From contig OX597828.1 in assembly GCA_951406725.2 (NCBI GenBank), positions 56,234,001 to 56,298,000 of the forward strand: DNA of 64,000 nt, written 5' to 3'. Source of the DNA: Octopus vulgaris. Lineage: Eukaryota. Shown here piece after piece: positions 55,059 through 64,000 of this stretch. A program made the translations under genes and the position numbers. The notes under the pieces were generated by a model. The model did no database searches. It was not told where the DNA came from and saw only the letters and a list, made by a program, of their open reading frames with translations. Position 1 is the first letter of the stretch; every line of letters starts with the position of its first letter.

Positions 55059-55267
55059 CTTTACTCTTTTACTACTTTGATTGTTTCAATCATTTTGACT
55101 GCGGTCGAGCAAATCGACCCCAATACTTATTCTTCGTGAGACTAATACTTATTCTATCGGTCAGTTTTGCCGAACCGCTAAGTTGCGGGGACGTAAACAC
55201 ACCACCAATGGTTGTTGTAAAGCGATGTTGGGGGACAAACACAGACACACACACATATACACACACA

Positions 55268-55355
<88 letters not shown>

Positions 55356-55522
55356 TACGACAGGCTTCTTTCAGTTTCCATCTACCAAATGCACTCACAA
55401 GGCTTTGCTTGGTCCGAGGGTATATTAGAAGACACATACAAAATGTGCCACGCAGTGGAATGAACCTGGAACCATGTGGTTGGTAAACAAGCTACTTAGC
55501 ACACAGCAATTCCTGCTCCTAT
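55059..55522 (-). mobile_element. SINE family A with expanded internal (TA)n
   Basis: Collinear with 30404-30845. Internal tract at about 55240-55357. Confidence 0.9.
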
Positions 55523-55583
55523 GTCTATTTGTTTATGTTAAACAGTTCATATAATATATGTGCATATATATGTGTGTGTGTAT

Positions 55584-55662
<79 letters not shown>

Positions 55663-56320
55663 GAGAGAGAGAGGGAGAATGATAGAAAGCCATTACAGCA
55701 AACCGGCCAATCTAAATAACAACATAGTCGGCGTCACCAAAATTGATAAGTAATATGACCAACTCACTGCTGGCCTACACTTGGCTCCATGAATATCCAA
55801 CTTACTAGTTTTACATAATGTAGTTTGTAATACAATTTGCAAGAACATGGTCCACGGGGGAGGAATGTCTGACGGGTAACAATAATACGATTTTATAAAA
55901 TCGAAATAGAATGAATATTGTGACGTTTATATTATTCACTCGATATTAATGCATTTTCTTATGTTACACACGTGTAGGCTGTCTACATTTTGACTCCAGC
56001 CATTCATGTAAAGAATGCGGCTAATACAGCATGTTATTTGAAATAGTGAGTGGTTATCGTCGACACAATTATGTATACATCAGAAACTTGACATTATAAT
56101 ATTAGCAAAATATTGATATTCTTTTGGAGGTGTTTACTTTGTAGGAAAAGTTTCGTCTCTTTTGATGTCTTGAGTGGTTTGGGATTTATTAAAGATAGGT
56201 CAAAACTTTAGTAATATCAACCGTTCGGCTGAGATTGAGAGATAGAGAGCGAAGTTATAGCAAAGTGAGGAAAACAGTCAAATATAGAAAACATACGCCA
56301 CATGGAATGAAAGAGAGAGA

Positions 56321-56356
<36 letters not shown>

Positions 56357-56578
56357 AGAGAGAGAGAATGAGAGAGAGAGAGAATGAGAGAGAGACAGAG
56401 AGACTGAGACATGGAGATAGAGAGACAGTGACAGAGAGAAAACAGAAAAACAGAGAGAGAAAGAGTGTGAAGGAGAAATGGATGGAAAAAATATACAAAT
56501 TAATGCTGTCAGAAGTCGTTTGTATTCAAGGATTTGCATAGGTCTAGTGAAAAACATCTAAACTAGGAATGAGCTAAC

Positions 56579-56669
56579 CCTTGTGGGTTAATGTTGCGGT
56601 AACAGCTGTCGATACATCTTTCCCGTGGTCATAATGATGTTCGTGATGCTCAGGGACAAAGTCAATTAC
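56579..56669 (-). CDS. Candidate 91-nt host exon (VIDFVPEHHEHHYDHGKDVSTAVTATLTHK)
   Basis: Acceptor ttctctattttcgatattaaatcctcag, donor AGG|gttagc, open His-rich frame. No recognised homolog. Confidence 0.3.
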
Positions 56670-57029
56670 CTGAGGATTTAATATCGAAAATAGAGAAGCT
56701 TGAAGGGAATATAGCGTGTAAAACCTCGAGGATATTCTCAGTACTTCACATCTCACCGGCAGAACCGTGTGGAATGTATTCATTAGCAATGAATCTAAAT
56801 TTCGATTTCTAATCTATTTACTTTTAGAATCAGCGCTTTCGGAATTGAACAGATATAATCTGTGGGGATTCAATGCGTTATAATACGTGGAAATGGAAGA
56901 AACACCTGAATAAAGAACTCAACTGTAAAAACGGAGAAATTGAATGTTGTTATCAGTGTTTTATGAAAACAGAAGTGTTTATGTGGATGTGAAGATATCT
57001 TATAGTTAAACAGGTTCTATATTTAATAA

Positions 57030-57220
57030 TGGTTTCAAATTGTGGCGCAAAGCCAGAAATTTCGGGTGAGGTCGAAAGTTGTTACGTCGACCCTGGTGCT
57101 CAACTGGTTCTCAGCTTATCCACCTCATCGGAATTTGAACTCAGAACGAAAGTACGGACGAAATACCGTTAGGCTTTTTGCCCGACGACGCGGTAGCAAT
57201 CCTACCAGTTCACCGCCTTT
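57030..57220 (-). mobile_element. SINE family B copy
   Basis: GGAATTTGAACTCAGAACG...AATACCGTTA...CCAGTTCACCGCC as in 11495-12056. Confidence 0.75.
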
Positions 57221-57268
57221 CTTCCTATATTTAATATAATGCATTGGAATCTGCAGCAGATTCAATGC

Positions 57269-57675
57269 ATAGGCGGGAGCAGGGTTTTGCGGTAAGTAGC
57301 TTGCTTCCCAACCGTGTACTTCCGGGTTCAGTTCTACTGCGAAGCATATTGGGCAAGTGCCTTCTAATATAGCTTCGGGCCGACCAAATCCTTCTCAGTG
57401 GATTTCGAAGACGGAAACTGGAAGAAGCCCACCGTATATAAATATGTTTGTGTGTGTGTTGGCTCCTGTTGTGTGTGAATGTGTATGTCTGTGTTTGCTT
57501 CCCACCACCACTTGACAACTGGTGTTGGTATGTTTACGTCCTCGTTATGTAGCCGTCCAGTAAAAGAAATCGATAAAATAAACCATTCTTCAAAAAATAA
57601 TTTGTTCGACTAAACACTTCAAGCTCCAGCTTGCAAGCAATCTAACGATTAAGACAAGGAAAGGATAATAGATAA
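57269..57675 (+). mobile_element. SINE family A, diverged full-length copy
   Basis: GGTAAGTAGCTTGCTTCCCAACC...GGGCAAGTG..GGGCCGACCAAA...GACGGAAACTG...CTTGACAAC. Confidence 0.85.
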
Positions 57676-58297
57676 AATATAAGATATAATTTGTAAACTC
57701 AAACGTAATATATCAGCGCATTTACTACAGAATAGAATAAAAATATCCAGCGTGATGTAGCAGGGGATATGTACTAGTATACAGCAACCAAATGTTGATT
57801 AAATTTAGTCCTGCGGATTTGAAAAGAGAGCGTCGTAGTTCTACAAATCCAATATCTTGAAAAACGATTAATGATTATTAGAATAAATGTTAATAAACCA
57901 AACAGCGAAGTGAATACCTTCAGAAAAAATGAATACTATTATAAATTAGTAGAATGGTAAGCTAGAATACTAATAAACGTACAGAAACATTAATTCATTT
58001 TAAGATCAAACCCAGCAAGCAATAGATACCGAATTGGCTGGTGTATTCTTCAAGTCAAAAGGAATACGACTACGTATAATAACACTAACACCTCATAATG
58101 GATTCGTATTCTGCCTCATAGTTTCTTCAGATTATATTCGAGGATGTTGCACCGATAATTAAAGCCGAGTTGCACGCTTAGTAGTTTGTAGCGGTTTACT
58201 GCTCAAACGTGCATAGATCAGAGAGAAAAAACGATGTAAACAACTGTATGTTAAAATTGGATGTGAAAATCGCCCTTCTGATCTTCATTAATATCAT

Positions 58298-58432
<135 letters not shown>

Positions 58433-58958
58433 CATATATATACACTTATACGATACATAGACACATATATATATACACTTATACAATACATAGACACATA
58501 CATGTACGCAAATACATAGACAGATATATACATATAGATATCCATACATCCATATCCATATACAACAATATGTATTTAGTAAAGGCGTGGCTCAGTGGTA
58601 AGAAGTTTGCCTCCGCACTATATGGATTTAACATCCTACTACTACAATAGCACGCATTCTTCTTCTTCTTCTTCTTCTTCTTCTTCTTTTTCCTCTTCTT
58701 CTTCTCTTCTTCTTTCCTGCCAAGAATTCCCAACGATTTCGAACCCACAAGAGTAAACGAGACAGAGGCAGGCAGATATAAGGAAATACCCCTTATATTT
58801 GAATACTATGCAAATATCATTTTAAAAAGTTTTCATTTAATTTTTCCAAAATTTAATTGTATACCATGATTAGAGCTGACAAATTCTGAATGACCGAAAC
58901 CGGCACTGAAATGTTTTTTATAAAATCATTTTAGCATTTTCTATCTTGACTTTTTTCC

Positions 58959-58989
<31 letters not shown>

Positions 58990-59774
58990 TCTGTGTATAA
59001 ATGATGTTTGTGGGCGGGGTGGCAGGATATATGTTTGAGAATCCCTGTTTTACTGGCTTCCTGGGTACTGAATCCGAGTAACGAGGTGTTATTAACTGAT
59101 ACATAACTACGGATATGACGTAAGCCAGTTAAGACAACGGTGGAAGTTACAGAGAACGAATTTATAAGAGAATAAATAGATTTGGTTGCAGAATTAGCAA
59201 TCCTCGGTACGATGGTTTTGTGTATAAGTGTAAGTGTGTCTGTCTGTGGATTGTTCATCGTCAATGTAGAATAGAAAATGATTAATTAATAACATTACGT
59301 TAATGTTATTCAGAATGTAAGAAGATTAGATACGAATTTTTTACGTTAGCATTGTGTTGTGTTTTTCGATGAAAAGAAACGAGAATGTTTTAAAACGATA
59401 ATGTAATATTTAATTTAAAATATACAAAAAGAAAACCAAGGAATAAATTACAATTAATTTTCATTGTAGTAAGCTGACGTTGCTGATATGATGTTCAAAC
59501 ATTGAGCAAACCGAAAGAAATTTTATAAAACCAAAGTGTTTTTCAGTTTCAGCTGTGTTAGACAATGCGATACATATATAGGCCCTTCTTCCACTTTTAC
59601 AGTTCTCCATAACGATTCCATTATAAAGAACAATCAGATTTATGGGCCACTATAATAAGAGTATAATCTAGTATGTGACAAATAGTTGCAGTTCGGGGCT
59701 TAAACTAATTTGGTTTCTACTCTCCTTTTAGCAGGCTCTGTTTCTGTCCCCCTCTCTCTTTTATATAAATATAT

Positions 59775-60089
59775 AATTGCAGGATGGAAGGTGATTATAA
59801 GCCATTTAAAAAACACACACACACACAAAACCAAAATCCGTTAGATCCACTTCAAAATTTAATATTACTTTGTGTTAAAATATAGTCGTCGCTTTGGAAC
59901 TGCGACGTGTTCACTGACAAAACTTAGTAAAGCAAGACTAAGTTTTATCTATGAACTGGTCGCAGTTTCGAAGCGACGAAAATATCTTGACAAATTATAT
60001 TTTAATGTTGCAGTGAATATAACGGTGCAATTGCTTTTGTTTCAGCTCGCGATCTCAGGTCAGGTCACTTGCTATGCAATTACATCTCC

Positions 60090-60092
<3 letters not shown>
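59775..60092. mobile_element. Old fold-back element between TA-rich flanks
   Basis: CCGTTAGATCCACTTC...GTCGCTTTGGAACTGCGAC...AAAACTTAGT is mirrored by ACTAAGTTTT...GTCGCAGTTTCGAAGCGAC...GTGAATATAACGG. Axis near 59933. Confidence 0.8.
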
Positions 60093-60133
<41 letters not shown>

Positions 60134-61245
60134 TATATATATATATACATACATATGTGTGCGTGTGTGTGGGTATCATTTACTCCATCTCTTCTGTGCA
60201 ATCAGTTGAAACGATGTGTGCAGTATTCAAATATACATTTTTAATCGTTGGCAAGGAAATTAATAGGAAGAATATACCAAAATCGATATTATTCAATGAC
60301 CTAGAATTATGTGGCCTACACCATACATGAGAATTATTCTCATGTATAAGATTAATTATTTTGATATATTTTATGCTTAATTATATGCTATATATTAACT
60401 CACTTAGTGCTTACTTAGGCGTAACGAAGAAACTATATTTCACGATTAATTCTTGAAAAAACGTTAAAATTGTGTAACTAAAATACTACACACCTTTGAG
60501 CTACAAACTGCATTCGCAGGTTAAAAATTGTAACAGAATTACTGATGGTGACCTGAACTTCTGACATAAATTACTGGCAGCGATTTTATACTGTGCATTA
60601 CGACGTTCAGCCAACGAAGCAATGACGGAATATTTATGAGATTAATTGACCTGGTAGAACAGCTAAATTTTACTCTACGTATCATTTTTTTTTATTATTT
60701 GACTTAGGAATGGCTCGTCTAATAATGTACTCCATATATATCATTCAATGCCTGAGACGAGGCAGGCTCGAAAAAGCGTTATAAGCATAGAGCTTCAGAA
60801 TCTGAGAAGAGTAACATTAAATAACAAGGCGAACAGAATCAATATAAATGGTCAACAGAAACATGCATAATTATTTTGTATATACGAATATAAGTGTGTG
60901 TTCATGTTTTTGCAGAATAATTTGTATGAATATATAGATTTGTATAGTTAACAATTAAATACTACATACAGTAATAGTTTCATTCATTAATTATCTTTTA
61001 TCTTATTTTCATTATTCCAAACATCTCTTGGTAATTTATCATATTTTTGTCATGTTGTCCGGGTCTTGTTATTCTCTTCTATCCGAATCTATGGAAGCTT
61101 ATTTCAGCACAATTTCTTCTATTTTGTATTTTCCCTTAATCTTCAGATATTCTCCGTTTATCTCCCTACTAACTAATAATTTTATTACTTTAATTAATTT
61201 ATATATTAACCTTGCTTAGCTTTATATTTGTATATGTGTCTGTAT

Positions 61246-61325
<80 letters not shown>

Positions 61326-61781
61326 ACGCATGTATATATATATATATGTGTATATATATATATGTCTGTGTATATATATTTATATATATGCGTGTGTGTA
61401 TGTCTGTGTGTGTAGCTATATTAGATGCATGTGAGTATACACTTTTAATTATTATATCACACTGTATTTCCTGTTTTTATGTTTTCATTTTGTATCAAAT
61501 ATGATTAATTCCTTTGTACATCATTTTCCTGAAGATATTCTCACTTGTAGTAATAAACCAAATGAATTTTTTTAGATTAAAGTAAATTGGGTTAATTTTT
61601 ATGCCGCAAATAATGAACTGAAACACGTGTAGGTCTGGGCTTGTCAATGTTAATCTTTTCTCCATCTTCTCTCTTGTTTGTATGTTAATGATACTATATA
61701 TGAATTCGCATGCTTTGTTAGACATTCAACCAGTCTAATCTCGGATATTTTTATCCCTTTAAGATTTATATACTCACTTGT

Positions 61782-61799
61782 ACCTTGATCTATATAATG

Positions 61800-61837
<38 letters not shown>

Positions 61838-61858
61838 CATTATGTAGATCAAGGTATA

Positions 61859-61952
<94 letters not shown>

Positions 61953-61971
61953 CATTATGTAGATCAAGGTA
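61782..61971. repeat. 24-bp motif in inverted then direct copies separated by (TA)n
   Basis: TACCTTGATCTATATAATGTCTGTA, (TA)n, TACAGACATTATGTAGATCAAGGTA, (TA)n, then the latter again. Confidence 0.9.
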
Positions 61972-61995
61972 TATATATGTGTGTATATATATGTA

Positions 61996-62071
<76 letters not shown>

Positions 62072-62233
62072 GTATATATATGTATACTATATGTATGTAT
62101 ATATATATGTGTGTGTGTGCGTGCGTGTGTGTTTGGATGTATGTAACCATACCAAGGTTAGATCCATTTTACTCTGGGAATCTAATAATGTAAATATCTA
62201 TGGTCAATGTTCAGATTTTTAGAAGCATACAAT

Positions 62234-62265
<32 letters not shown>

Positions 62266-62683
62266 TAGATAAACACGCACTTAAACTCACCGAAGGAGAC
62301 AAATGTGAAAAAAACAAACACACATACATACACACACGTACTCACATTCACAATTAGACACTTTCTCGAGCGTAATATTTTGACATATGTTATTTACAAA
62401 TGTACATCGTCGGTTTAATTACTGCCTGCAATTCCTGTGAAAAATAAATAAGAAAAAAATATACGTAGAAATTTATACACATACATACACACACACACAG
62501 ATGTATATATATATGTATATATATATATATATATATATACATATATACGCATATACAGACATATACACACATACACATATATATATATACACATATATAC
62601 GTATATACATATATTTATAAATATATATATATATGACATAATATAATATAATGCATTATATAAATATATATATACATACACAC

Positions 62684-62720
<37 letters not shown>

Positions 62721-63055
62721 CATACATTCATGAATACACGCGCCCGCATAAGCGTGCGTGTGAATCTGTAGGCATACATGTATTCGAGTTTATATATATG
62801 TGTGTTTGTGTGTGTGTATATATGTATACGAATATATAATTCGTTTCCAGGCCATGTATTCAAATGAGCGCAAAGACGTTGGAGGACAGAAAGAGACAGC
62901 GTAATAGTAATTGAGCAGTAGACATTACGTCGACAGGAAGCCATGAGGAGAGTCAACGAATTAGTTAAAAATGAAACAAAAAAGAATGCAAAAGTGAAGG
63001 TCGTAGAGAAAAAAGAAAATAAACGGAAAGAGAGAAATAGAGGAAGAGAGAAATC

Positions 63056-63092
<37 letters not shown>

Positions 63093-63647
63093 AGAGAAAA
63101 CTAGAAAGGGAAAAGGAAAGATAGGCAAAATGATACTTCGTCGATAAGACATACTGCTTGTTGGGAGAATGCCGAATACTGTAACTGTGTAACGACGATC
63201 ACAATGATTTCATATCCAATATTGAAGTAATAAACTTCATAGGAGAAATGTATTTATGTGAAACCTGGCAAAAATCTCCAGTTACTATGATTGATATTTT
63301 ATCGATAAAATAGAGTAAAAGGCTAAAAGTACTGTGATGAGCAAATCTAACACACAAACATAAAATTCCAGTCGCCAAGAGAGAAGATTTCACAGTGAGA
63401 TGAAATAAGAAATGCACCGTCCTATGTTAATCTAGTCTAGAGCGTATAGCTGCAATTGGAAAATGAAGATTTATTCACTGTAAACCATCTGGTAATAAGC
63501 CAGTCGTTCTTTTTATCTTTTAACAATTTTACATCTTCAACTTCATCATCCCCTACCCGTCTCTCCCTCTGCCTCCTGATATTGCCAGACAAACGACATA
63601 AAAATATAAGTTTATGAATCTCTCCCTTTCAGTCTCAATATCTCTGC

Positions 63648-63721
<74 letters not shown>

Positions 63722-63782
63722 CCATGTATACATGTATGTATTTATCTATCTATACATGTTTAAATACATATGTATATTTATA

Positions 63783-63822
<40 letters not shown>

Positions 63823-63899
63823 CAAATATGTATATACTTACATGTAAACAGTATACACACATCTCTCGCTGTGTACACACAGACACATACACACACACA

Positions 63900-63943
<44 letters not shown>

Positions 63944-64000
63944 AATTGAGATAGCGCTTATGGCCATATAGGACATTCGACTCACTAGGAAGAACAGCCA

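Noticed and set aside
58870-58911. Hammerhead in a TA-abutting repeat (CTGACAA..GAAACCGGCA)
   Set aside because: Core and cleavage triplet are both altered and stem II is unpaired. Probably a dead relic.

Overview
AT-rich, microsatellite-saturated eukaryotic DNA, intronic or intergenic in character. The SINE families and (TA)n/(CA)n load suggest an octopod cephalopod (inference). No complete host gene is visible, only a few candidate exons. The single long ORF (51292-53994) is ORF2 (endonuclease + reverse transcriptase) of a young, GC-rich, 5'-truncated CR1-type LINE with an unusual ORF1/ORF2 junction. The rest is a decayed CR1/L2-type LINE, five mariner relics, one maT-like Tc1/mariner relic, four tRNA-derived SINE families and several Penelope-like (PLE) fragments. 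The most interesting signal is a set of unrelated fold-back (palindromic) elements, mostly abutting (TA)n tracts. They carry minimal type-I hammerhead ribozymes or hammerhead-shaped motifs with altered cores. One is a near-perfect 365-bp palindrome with a hammerhead on each strand (48230-48594). Most ORFs in the supplied track are microsatellite artefacts.
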